Virus record (IMG/VR): IMGVR_UViG_3300048599_000821
Location: 1-36,871 of that record
Length of the DNA stretch: 36,871 nucleotides
From: a virus
Taxonomy: Duplodnaviria; Caudoviricetes
Reading direction: 5' to 3' (one strand)
Part shown: positions 8,131-15,841 of the stretch, piece after piece
Numbering within the stretch: position 1 is the stretch's first letter
Layout of the letters: every line of letters starts with the position of its first letter
The notes under the pieces: generated by a model
What the model saw: the letters and a program-made list of their open reading frames with translations, nothing else
What the model was told of the DNA's origin: nothing
The model's database searches: none
Program-made: the position numbers and the translations under genes

Positions 8131-8901
8131 ATGAGCGAGATTTTCGAGCTGGTGCGGGCGCGGTTCGCCGGTCGCGTGCCGCCAGCGCCAACGCCGCCGG
8201 GGTTTCAACCTCGGCTTCCGTCGGAAGACGCGATCAGCGAGCAGGTGAACGGCGAGCCGGCAGGGGATGCCATCAACGGCGTCACCATCATCATCGGGTA
8301 CCGCGACGCCAAGGGGGAAGCATCCACGCGGCAGGTCAGCTGCATCCGGATCGAAAACAGCAAGGGGAAGCGATATCTTCGCGCCTTTTGTCACCAGCGC
8401 CGTGCGCTTCGCACATTCCTGATCGAACGGATCGACGAAGTCCTAGACGCCGAAACGGGCGAGGTCATCAATGTCGGCAGCATTTACTTCGCCGCCTATG
8501 CAGACGATCGGATTAGCGAGACGAGCCTGGGATGGGGTTTGTCGCCCATGCAGCGCGCCGAGCTGGGCGCCGCGTTGACGGTTCTGACCTTTTTGTCTCG
8601 TTGCGACGGCCGAATGCATGCGGCCGAATTGGCCGAGATCGAATCCTTCGCAGCGTCGTGGTGGATCCGCACCGAAATCCGGGCCGACTATCCCGAGGTC
8701 GATATCATCGCCCACATTCGAAGGCTCGCGCCCGATCCCGAGGCCTTTTTCGTGGCGGCCGAGCGTGTCTGGTCGAACACCGTACTGGCGTCGCTGGTCG
8801 GCGGATATACGCGACGCGTCATCGAGGCCGACGATCAGATCGCCAAGGAAGAGGCCCACTGGATTTCGCGTCTTGCCGCATGGCTTGAAACCGCCGATTG
8901 A
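8131..8901 (+). CDS. WYL domain-TerB-like domain fusion protein
   Basis: IGYRDAKGEASTRQV...YLRAFCHQRRALRTFLIERI (WYL); LSRCDGRMHAAE and VIEADDQIAKEE (duplicated TerB metal-binding motif). Confidence 0.8.
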   Translation: MSEIFELVRARFAGRVPPAPTPPGFQPRLPSEDAISEQVNGEPAGDAINGVTIIIGYRDAKGEASTRQVSCIRIENSKGKRYLRAFCHQRRALRTFLIERIDEVLDAETGEVINVGSIYFAAYADDRISETSLGWGLSPMQRAELGAALTVLTFLSRCDGRMHAAELAEIESFAASWWIRTEIRADYPEVDIIAHIRRLAPDPEAFFVAAERVWSNTVLASLVGGYTRRVIEADDQIAKEEAHWISRLAAWLETAD

Positions 8902-8909
8902 AGGGCGTC

Positions 8910-9236
8910 ATGCCCAAGCCCGTCAAAGCCTATCCGATCCGCCTCGCGGGAACGCGCAGCTACGCAGCGGCGATCGCGGCCGCGGCGATCGGCGACGTCG
9001 TGCAACTGCTCGCCGAGGACGGCAATCCCTATGACGCCGACGCGATAGTCGTCGTCGACGGGGACGGCGCGACGCTGGGCTATGTGCCGCGCGACAATTG
9101 GCTGCGCGGGGCGCTGACCGGCGAAGGGCGCGGTGCGCGGGCAATGATCGACGGGCTGGACGGCGGGATGACGATCACCGTCACCTTGACCGACGACGGC
9201 GCGATCGGGCGGCGGGACTTTGTGGCGGCGAACTAA
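8910..9236 (+). CDS. HIRAN domain protein
   Basis: LAGTRSY...GDVVQLLAEDGNPYDADAIVV...LGYVPR is the HIRAN signature. Confidence 0.88.
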   Translation: MPKPVKAYPIRLAGTRSYAAAIAAAAIGDVVQLLAEDGNPYDADAIVVVDGDGATLGYVPRDNWLRGALTGEGRGARAMIDGLDGGMTITVTLTDDGAIGRRDFVAAN

Positions 9237-9253
9237 GCTTTGAGGGGATCAAC

Positions 9254-9505
9254 ATGCCGGAAATCACATTGAGTAAAGACGGAGTGCTCTCCGCCGTGAC
9301 CTATGTCCAATGCACGAGGGCCTATGAATGCGCGTGCGGAACAGAGCTGACGATCACGCTGACGCTTCCCGAGGGGGTCACGTTCAAGAGCGCGATCAAT
9401 GTCACAAACGTCAAGTGCCCGTCGTGTCACGAACCCATCGTCATCCCCAAGGGTCACCACTATATCGAGAATTACCAGCTTTTGACGCGCGAAGAGACGC
9501 CGTGA
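9254..9505 (+). CDS. Small Zn-ribbon-like protein (83 aa)
   Basis: SD GAGGGG; CACG and CPSC pairs. Confidence 0.7.
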   Translation: MPEITLSKDGVLSAVTYVQCTRAYECACGTELTITLTLPEGVTFKSAINVTNVKCPSCHEPIVIPKGHHYIENYQLLTREETP

Positions 9506-9506
9506 G

Positions 9507-9773
9507 CTAGGCGTCACCGAAAAGCGCGGCGTCGATCATGGCCGAGAAGATGACGCCGGCGTCGCGCGCGTCGAGATCGACGACGCGGTCATAGGCGGCC
9601 GTCGCGCCCGCCTCGGCCATTGCCTCGCTGGGGTTCTGCAGTTCCGCGAGGATGGCGCGGGCAGCGTCCAGGTGGTGATGCCACTGGTCATCCTCTTCGC
9701 TGAGTTCATAGGGACCGTTATCCCCAAGCTTGTAAATTGCCCGGCAGATACGTTCGAGCGTAGTCATCGGCAT
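9507..9773 (-). CDS. Hypothetical phage protein (~88 aa)
   Basis: SD GGGGGA; ARAILAELQNPSEAM...AMIDAAL pattern common in small phage proteins; convergent with the 9505 stop. Confidence 0.7.
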   Translation of the reverse strand: MPMTTLERICRAIYKLGDNGPYELSEEDDQWHHHLDAARAILAELQNPSEAMAEAGATAAYDRVVDLDARDAGVIFSAMIDAALFGDA

Positions 9774-9861
9774 TCCCCCATCTGACGCGGCCAAACTATG
9801 TCAGCGGCGCGATCGATGCCACCGGAACAAGAACCAGATCGAGTGCTATCTTTGACCGCGC

Positions 9862-9876
9862 ATTCACCCTATGTTC
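9862..9876 (+). promoter_or_regulatory. Degenerate alphaproteobacterial LexA box (ATTC-N7-GTTC)
   Basis: ATTCACCCTATGTTC, one mismatch to GTTC-N7-GTTC, 25 nt upstream of the 9902 ATG. Confidence 0.4.
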
Positions 9877-9901
9877 CCTTGACGTGGGGTAGGGCTTTCG
9901 G

Positions 9902-10303
9902 ATGCACCAGCAACCCGATCAATTCGATCCGCCGCGATTGTCGGCGGAGATGGCGAGCCAGCGCCTGCTGGTGCTGGATTTCGTGCGCGCCTACCTCGAT
10001 CGCTGGAAACAGTCGCCGAGCCAGGGCGAGATCGCGAACGCGCTGCGCATCGACCGCACCAAGGTGTGGCGCGCGATCCGCAGCCTGGAGCGCGACGGGT
10101 TCCTGCTCCGCACGCCCGGGCCGCGCGGGCTGGCGCTGCCCGGGGCGGAGGATGAGGCGCTGCGTCAGCTGCGCGCGCACGGGTGGATCATCAACCCGGG
10201 CGAGCGGCGTGTAGCAAAAGCGAACGTGCTGCCGCCCGCCGAGCTCGACTATCCCGGGCCATCGGCGGAGGGCAAGGTGCATGGCGGGACGGGCGAAGGG
10301 TAG
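9902..10303 (+). CDS. LexA-type winged-HTH DNA-binding protein lacking the peptidase domain
   Basis: VLDFVRAYLDRWKQSPSQGEIANAL...VWRAIRSLERDGFLLRTPGPRGLAL resembles the LexA N-terminal domain. Confidence 0.75.
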   Translation: MHQQPDQFDPPRLSAEMASQRLLVLDFVRAYLDRWKQSPSQGEIANALRIDRTKVWRAIRSLERDGFLLRTPGPRGLALPGAEDEALRQLRAHGWIINPGERRVAKANVLPPAELDYPGPSAEGKVHGGTGEG

Positions 10304-10931
10304 CAGGCGGGCACGCGAGCGCAAGGCGCGGGAGCAGCAGGTCGAGACGCGGCGCCACAAGATCAACGCCGATTTTGCCCGCCGGCACCCCGAGCGCGCG
10401 GCCGAGGAACGCAAGATGCGCCAGGCGCAAGCGGCGCTGGGCCCCGAATGGCGCCACAAGCGCGAAGGCACCCCCGAAACCCACGAAAAGGCGGCGCGCA
10501 CCGTGCAGGGCGCCTTGTCGCGGCTGTACATGGGCGGCGCGATCGACGCCGACCAGCTGGCGTGCGCGGCCGCGATCGCGCGCGTGCATGCCCAGATCGT
10601 GCGCGACGTGGTGCCGGCGACGGTGAGCCTGGAAACGCGGGTCGACCAGAGCGGCCGCGGTGACGGCGCCTTTTACGAGGCGCTGGGCCGAGTGCGCGCC
10701 GAAGTCGCCTATTCGTGGTGGCGCGGATCGCTGCAAAAACCCGGGGTGGTGCTGGCGATGATCGCCGAGGATGTCGGGGTGAGCGTCGCGGCGCGGCGGT
10801 TCGGGATGCGGAGCGCGACCGCGAAGGCGCTGCTGATCGACGCGCTCGATCGCTGGCCCGGGGCGATGGATGGGGCGCGGCGATCGGTCGACGCGGCCGA
10901 CCTGGCGGCTGCGCAGGCGGGGCTTTTCTGA
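10281..10931 (+). CDS. Phage protein, possible late-gene regulator
   Basis: LSRLYMGGAIDADQLACA and C-terminal HTH-like VSVAARRFGMRS; sits immediately before the late-region intergenic. Confidence 0.55.
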   Translation: MAGRAKGSRRARERKAREQQVETRRHKINADFARRHPERAAEERKMRQAQAALGPEWRHKREGTPETHEKAARTVQGALSRLYMGGAIDADQLACAAAIARVHAQIVRDVVPATVSLETRVDQSGRGDGAFYEALGRVRAEVAYSWWRGSLQKPGVVLAMIAEDVGVSVAARRFGMRSATAKALLIDALDRWPGAMDGARRSVDAADLAAAQAGLF

Positions 10932-10937
10932 CGCTGC

Positions 10938-10990
10938 TTGTCCGAAAGATGCGGTAAGTTTCGGACAAAATGCATCACGCGCATGCATTT
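10938..10990. repeat. Two adjacent inverted repeats
   Basis: TTGTCCGAAA-N11-TTTCGGACAA (10938-10968); AAATGCAT-N7-ATGCATTT (10968-10990). Confidence 0.7.
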
Positions 10991-11177
10991 ATGCATTTTC
11001 CCGATGCAGATTTGCACGGGTCAAGGGGGCAATATCCCGCACCTTTTTCGCGGTGAAGCAAAAACGAGCCTGCCAATCGGTCATCGGGAAGGCCAGAAAC
11101 GACCCCGGGATAATTGCGTCCAGCGCGCCCGCACCCCTGGTCCCCCGCGGTGCGGGCGCCGCCCGTTGAAGGGCTGA

Positions 11178-11256
11178 AACACAGGAATTTATGTGGTGAT
11201 CCACATTAAATCCTGTGTTCGGGCGCCGAAAGGTCGGGTGTCATACCCGACCTTTC
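11178..11256. repeat. Two tandem long hairpins (possible structured leader RNA or operators)
   Basis: AACACAGGAATTTATGTGG-TGAT-CCACATTAAATCCTGTGTT (11178-11219); GAAAGGTCGGGT-GTCAT-ACCCGACCTTTC (11228-11256). Confidence 0.75.
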
Positions 11257-11275
11257 CCCTGCAGGAGGTGGCGAT

Positions 11276-11494
11276 ATGGCAAACGGCCCTCGCCGCTCCG
11301 CCTCGCGCCCACCAGCGCCGCCAACGATCGCCGCCCTCCTCGACGACCAGCTGACCGAATTCGACGCGCTGATGCGCGACGTGCGCGGCGGCATCCGGTC
11401 GCCAGCGCATTTCGATGCGCTCGAGGAACGGGCCAGCGCGATCGGACGGGCGATGCGCGACGCATTCCGCAGCGGGCGCGTGGCGCGCAACTGA
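11276..11494 (+). CDS. Hypothetical protein (72 aa)
   Basis: Strong SD AGGAGGT. Confidence 0.7.
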   Translation: MANGPRRSASRPPAPPTIAALLDDQLTEFDALMRDVRGGIRSPAHFDALEERASAIGRAMRDAFRSGRVARN

Positions 11495-11505
11495 AGGACG
11501 GGTCC

Positions 11506-11739
11506 ATGATCGATCTGGAAGCGCTGGCCCGGTCGGCCGAGCGCGACGATGGCGATTGCGTCGTGACGCGGGCATGGTTGCGCCAGGTGCTCGCGGAGCT
11601 GACGCTGGCGAGGGCGGGCGTTCCCACTGGGCCCGCGGCCGAGCTCGACGTCGCGCCGATCGTGATCGAAGATCTGCGCACTTATCTGGCGGCTCGCGGC
11701 CTCACGGTCTTGGGAGTGGACTATGGACGTCCCGCCTGA
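11506..11739 (+). CDS. Hypothetical protein (77 aa)
   Basis: SD AAGGA; MIDLEALARS... Confidence 0.6.
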   Translation: MIDLEALARSAERDDGDCVVTRAWLRQVLAELTLARAGVPTGPAAELDVAPIVIEDLRTYLAARGLTVLGVDYGRPA

Positions 11740-12037
11740 CCCAGATATCCCCGCGGCGCTGATGGCGCTGGCGGGCGGCCATGGGCGCCTTCTGTGGCAC
11801 AAGAGCAGGCCCTGGGTATCGGCGAACTTCGCCGGTTCGCGCGACGAGGTGGCGTTCGAATATTTCGGGAGCGAGGCGGTTGCCGCCGGCGACGCGATGC
11901 TGGCATCGATGGCCGATCATGAATTCGTGCTGCCCGACCGGATTGTCGTCGATATCGAGCTACGTTATTTCACGCGGCTGAAGAAGCCGACCGATCGCAC
12001 CGTAGCGGTCATCGAAATGTTGCTGGTCGCATCATGA
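11723..12037 (+). CDS. Hypothetical protein (104 aa)
   Basis: SD GGGAG; RPWVSANFAG...HEFVLP; coupled to gam. Confidence 0.7.
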   Translation: MDVPPDPDIPAALMALAGGHGRLLWHKSRPWVSANFAGSRDEVAFEYFGSEAVAAGDAMLASMADHEFVLPDRIVVDIELRYFTRLKKPTDRTVAVIEMLLVAS

Positions 12038-12573
12038 TGGCCGAGCGGATCCGCACCCCGCGATCGACGAGCGCCGCGACTAGGTTGCTCGAGCGCTTTG
12101 CCGACGTCGACGGGCAGATCGCGGCGATCGATGCCGAGCGGCGCGCCGAGCTCGCCAAGGTGAACGCGCGGTTCGACGCGATGGCGGCCCCGCTGCTGCC
12201 GCTGCACCAGACGCTTCAGGAGAAGCTGAAGGCGTGGTGGCAGGATGCCGGCGCCGCGCTTACCCAGGGCAAGCGCAAGTCGATCGCGCTGGGCGGGTGC
12301 GAGATCGGCAGCCGCATTGGCTCGGCCTCGCTGGGCGTCGCCGGCGACGAGAAGCTTATCGCTGGCAAGCTGGCCAAGCTGCGCTGGGCCCAGGAGCTGA
12401 CCCGCACGACGATCAGCATCGATCGCGCCGCGGTGATGAAATCGCTCGACGGCGCCCATGCCGCGGATCTCGCGACGATGGGCTTCAGCAGGATCGACGG
12501 GGTCGAGACGGTGTTCATCCGGCGCGTGCAGCAGGATGGCACGGTGACGGCCGTCGCCGGCGCGGGCGCGTGA
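12034..12573 (+). CDS. gam: Mu Gam-like host-nuclease inhibitor
   Basis: N-terminal coiled coil, then KLKAWW...LTQGKRKSIALGGCEIGSR and IDRAAVMK...GVETVFI. Confidence 0.8.
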   Translation: MMAERIRTPRSTSAATRLLERFADVDGQIAAIDAERRAELAKVNARFDAMAAPLLPLHQTLQEKLKAWWQDAGAALTQGKRKSIALGGCEIGSRIGSASLGVAGDEKLIAGKLAKLRWAQELTRTTISIDRAAVMKSLDGAHAADLATMGFSRIDGVETVFIRRVQQDGTVTAVAGAGA

Positions 12574-12800
12574 TGCTGCTCGGCGACCTGGCCCGGGTAA
12601 CGGTGTTGGCCGAGCGACGGGCCCAGCTGCTGGCTGACATCGATGCGGTACGCGATGCGCGCTTCGTCGTGACCGTACGCGGCGATCGCGTCGATGCCGA
12701 TTTGCTCGAGCTGCTGAAGCCCGTGCTGCTGGGAGCGATCGAACTGCGTGTTGCCGAGATCGACATGCGCATCGCCGACTATGGCGTCGAGATCAGCTGA
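12573..12800 (+). CDS. Hypothetical protein (75 aa)
   Basis: TGATG overlaps at both ends. Confidence 0.65.
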   Translation: MLLGDLARVTVLAERRAQLLADIDAVRDARFVVTVRGDRVDADLLELLKPVLLGAIELRVAEIDMRIADYGVEIS

Positions 12801-13108
12801 TGGCCGTGAACCCGCCGGTGTTCCGCCCGCCCGGCTGGCGGCAGCGCATCGCATGGGAGCGGCCCAGCGTCTTCAAGGACCGCCGCAAGCGCGGCCGAGC
12901 AGGGCAGCGCGATCGCGCCGAAGTGATCGCCGAGGAACCGTTCTGCAGGAAGTGCCTCGAGCAGGGAAAGCATGTGAAGACCGACGTGGTCGACCACAAA
13001 ATACCGCTCGCCTGGGGCGGCAGCGACAGCCGCGGCAACAAGCAGGGTCTGTGCACCCCTTGCCATGATGCCAAGTCGAAGGCGGAGCGCGCGACGGGCC
13101 GGTACTGA
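12800..13108 (+). CDS. HNH endonuclease (terminase-associated, HK97 gp74-like)
   Basis: EPFCRKC...VDHKIPL..GG...NKQGLCTPCHDAKS, directly upstream of terS. Confidence 0.92.
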   Translation: MAVNPPVFRPPGWRQRIAWERPSVFKDRRKRGRAGQRDRAEVIAEEPFCRKCLEQGKHVKTDVVDHKIPLAWGGSDSRGNKQGLCTPCHDAKSKAERATGRY

Positions 13109-13254
13109 CCGGCGTCGTCCGGGAGGGGGAGGGTCGAAAGCTCGACCCGCCTTCCCCCGGACACCGCCTTCCAGACAAATTTTTACGCGGTCGATTTCAA
13201 AGGGGAAAAAGTTGCGGGGTCGGATGGCGCCGCGACCCCGGGGCGAGGTGATCG
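13109..13254. other. Probable cos/packaging-initiation region
   Basis: Non-coding gap between HNH and terS with GGGGGAGGGTCGAAAG and A/T runs; position matches HK97-like cos phages. Confidence 0.45.
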
Positions 13255-13770
13255 ATGTCGAGAGGCGGGGCCCGGCCCGGGTCGGGTCGGAAACGGAAAG
13301 CGCCGGAGCTGAAAGCGCTCGCCGGCACGACGCGCAGGGATCGGGACAAGGCTGTCGCGCCGCCGGCGACGACGGCCCCGATGATCGCGCCGATGCATTT
13401 GTCGGACCTGGCGCAGTTGCTGTTCGGGTCGATCGTCAAGATCCTCGAGGAGCAGAAACGCGCCGACGCTCACTATTCGGAGCATGTCGCGCTGCTCGCC
13501 CAGCGCCTTGAGCAGATCCAGCGATACCAGGCGGTGCTCGAGGTCGAGGGCGACACCTTCGCAACCGAGTCGGCGAAGGCAGTCGGCAAGGGCGATGACG
13601 TCCGCGTCGTCGTGACCAAGATGGTCCGGGCCCGGCCCGAGGTCGCGATGCTGTCCGATGCGATGCGCCACGCGCAGTCGCTGCTTTCCGAGCTGATGCT
13701 CAACCCCGCCGCCGCGCTGCGCATCGCCAGCGGCCACAAGCCCCAAGAGGGCGACTTCGACGGTTTTTGA
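13255..13770 (+). CDS. terS: Terminase small subunit (P27 family)
   Basis: RGGARPGSGRKRK...RPEVAML...LSELMLNPAAALRI. Confidence 0.88.
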   Translation: MSRGGARPGSGRKRKAPELKALAGTTRRDRDKAVAPPATTAPMIAPMHLSDLAQLLFGSIVKILEEQKRADAHYSEHVALLAQRLEQIQRYQAVLEVEGDTFATESAKAVGKGDDVRVVVTKMVRARPEVAMLSDAMRHAQSLLSELMLNPAAALRIASGHKPQEGDFDGF

Positions 13771-13789
13771 TGGGAGAATTGCCTTGCGC

Positions 13790-14041
13790 ATGATCAAGTT
13801 CGCCGCGCTCGCATGCGCTTCTGCCTTTGCTGTGTCAGCCTCGGTTGCTCCGATGCGTCCGGCGATCGTCGCGACCGAGGCGGCTGTCGTTCCGTCGAAT
13901 CCGCGCCGCAAGCTGCGCAAGTTCTTCGGCGCGACCACCGACCGGTACCGCGCGCGCGGTCCGCAAGCGAAACCGAAAAGTCGGCGCAACATGGTAACGG
14001 TTGGCCGCCGCGTTCGCCGGAAGCACCGCCGCGCCGCCTGA
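13790..14041 (+). CDS. Small basic protein inserted between terS and terL
   Basis: Hydrophobic N-terminus and Arg/Lys-rich C-terminus; fills the terS-terL gap. Confidence 0.55.
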   Translation: MIKFAALACASAFAVSASVAPMRPAIVATEAAVVPSNPRRKLRKFFGATTDRYRARGPQAKPKSRRNMVTVGRRVRRKHRRAA

Positions 14042-14047
14042 TCGCAT

Positions 14048-15841
14048 GTGGAAGCGCGTCCTTATGCCCAGATCGCGAAAGGCTATGCCCGCGACGTCAT
14101 AAGCGGGAAGATCCCGGCGGGGAAAACGATCCGGCAGCAATGCCAGCGTTTCCTTGACGAGCTGAAGGTCGAGAAGGCTAAGGCTTTCCCGTTCCGGTTC
14201 GACGTCGAGAAGGCGGCGCGGGTTTGCCGGTTCATCGAGCTGCTGCCGCACAGCAAGGGCAAATGGGCGCGGAAGAAGGAGACGCTGCGGCTGGAGCCGT
14301 GGCAGATCTGGATCCTGTGCGTCACCTTCGGGTGGCTGCGGAAGGCCGACGGGCTGCGGCGCTTTCGCGTCCTGTTTGTCGTGGTGCCGCGCAAGAACGG
14401 CAAGTCGGCGATCGCCGCCGGCATCGGCCTGTACATGTTCTGCGCCGACGGCGAGTTCGGCGCCGAGGTCTATTCGGGGGCGACCAACGAAAAGCAGGCG
14501 TGGGAAGTGTTCGGCCCGGCGCGCCTGATGGCAATGCGCACGCCGGCGCTGCTGTCGCGGTTCGGGATCGAGGTCAACGCGAAGTCTCTCGTCTGTATCG
14601 ACGACAACAGCAAGTTCGAGACGATCATCGGCGATCCGGGCGACGGGCAGAGCCCGAGCTGTTCGATCCACGATGAATATCACGAGCATGATGACGACGG
14701 CCAGGTCGACACGATGCAGACCGGCATGGGCGCGCGCGAGCAGCCGCTGCAGGCGAAGATCACCACCGCCGGCGATAATCTGGCGGGGCCCTGTTACAAG
14801 GAGGTCCAGGAGGAGCGCGAGTTCCTGAATGGTGTCGGCGTCACCGAGGAAGCCAAGGCCGAGCTCGCGGCGCTGGGGCTCCCGCCCGGGCCCGCGCTGT
14901 CGCACGAAACATTCTTCGTCGAATATACGATCGACGAGGGCGACGACTGGAAGTCGGAGGCCGCGCTTCGCAAGGCCAATCCGAACTATGACGTATCGGT
15001 CGCCGGCGACTTCCTGAAGGCTCGCCAGCGAGACGCCATCGCCAAGCCGCGAAAATCAGGTGTTTTCAAGACGAAGCACCTCAACCTTTGGGTGGCGGCG
15101 AAGGCGGCATATTTCGACATCGAGGCATGGCGCCGGTGCAAGGATCCGGACATCCCGATCCGCGGCGTCGACGCGATCGAGCTCGAGCGGCTGCGCGGAC
15201 GTCGCTGTATCGCGGCGCTCGACCTGGCGTCGAAGATCGACATCGCCGCGCTCGAATTGCTGTTCCCCCCGATCGGCGCGCAGGCGACGGTCGACGATCC
15301 GTACATCCGGATCGGTTTCTACTTCCTCCCCGAGGAGACGGTCGCATCGGTTCCGTCCTATCAGGACTGGGACACCGCCGGGCTGATCAACGTCACCCCG
15401 GGCAACATCATCGATTACGACGAGATCCTGGAAGTGCTGCGCGATATCCGCGGATTGTTCCAGCTCGAGCGCGTCGCATACGACCCGCACCAGGCCACCT
15501 ACCTCGCCACCACGGCGGCGAAGGACGGGTTCCCGATGATGGAGTTCCGCCAGATCGTGCTCAACATGTCCGAGCCGATGAAGGAAGTGGACGCGAAAAC
15601 GCGCGCGCGATCGCTGGTCCACGGCGGTGACGGCGTGATGGAGTGGCAGATGAGCAACGTCGTCGCCGCGCCCGACAAGAAAGACAACGTCTATCCCAAC
15701 AAACCCCGGGACGAGGCGAAGATCGACAACCCGGTCGCGCTGATTATGGCGATGGGGGTGGCGATGACGAGCGAGGAAGCCGCCCCGGTGACATCGCCCT
15801 GGGACGATCCGGAGTATAGCATGACCGATGGCGCCGACTGA
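14048..15841 (+). CDS. terL: Terminase large subunit
   Basis: LEPWQ, Walker A VPRKNGKS, Walker B-like IHDEYH, nuclease motifs LDLASKID, YDP, KIDNPVA. Confidence 0.97.
   Translation: MEARPYAQIAKGYARDVISGKIPAGKTIRQQCQRFLDELKVEKAKAFPFRFDVEKAARVCRFIELLPHSKGKWARKKETLRLEPWQIWILCVTFGWLRKADGLRRFRVLFVVVPRKNGKSAIAAGIGLYMFCADGEFGAEVYSGATNEKQAWEVFGPARLMAMRTPALLSRFGIEVNAKSLVCIDDNSKFETIIGDPGDGQSPSCSIHDEYHEHDDDGQVDTMQTGMGAREQPLQAKITTAGDNLAGPCYKEVQEEREFLNGVGVTEEAKAELAALGLPPGPALSHETFFVEYTIDEGDDWKSEAALRKANPNYDVSVAGDFLKARQRDAIAKPRKSGVFKTKHLNLWVAAKAAYFDIEAWRRCKDPDIPIRGVDAIELERLRGRRCIAALDLASKIDIAALELLFPPIGAQATVDDPYIRIGFYFLPEETVASVPSYQDWDTAGLINVTPGNIIDYDEILEVLRDIRGLFQLERVAYDPHQATYLATTAAKDGFPMMEFRQIVLNMSEPMKEVDAKTRARSLVHGGDGVMEWQMSNVVAAPDKKDNVYPNKPRDEAKIDNPVALIMAMGVAMTSEEAAPVTSPWDDPEYSMTDGAD

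Noticed and set aside
9825-9834. GAAC-AA-GAAC as an SOS box
   Set aside because: Spacer is 2 nt, not 7
12800-13108. Homing endonuclease or defence nuclease
   Set aside because: Size and position next to terS match the packaging-associated HNH of HK97-like phages
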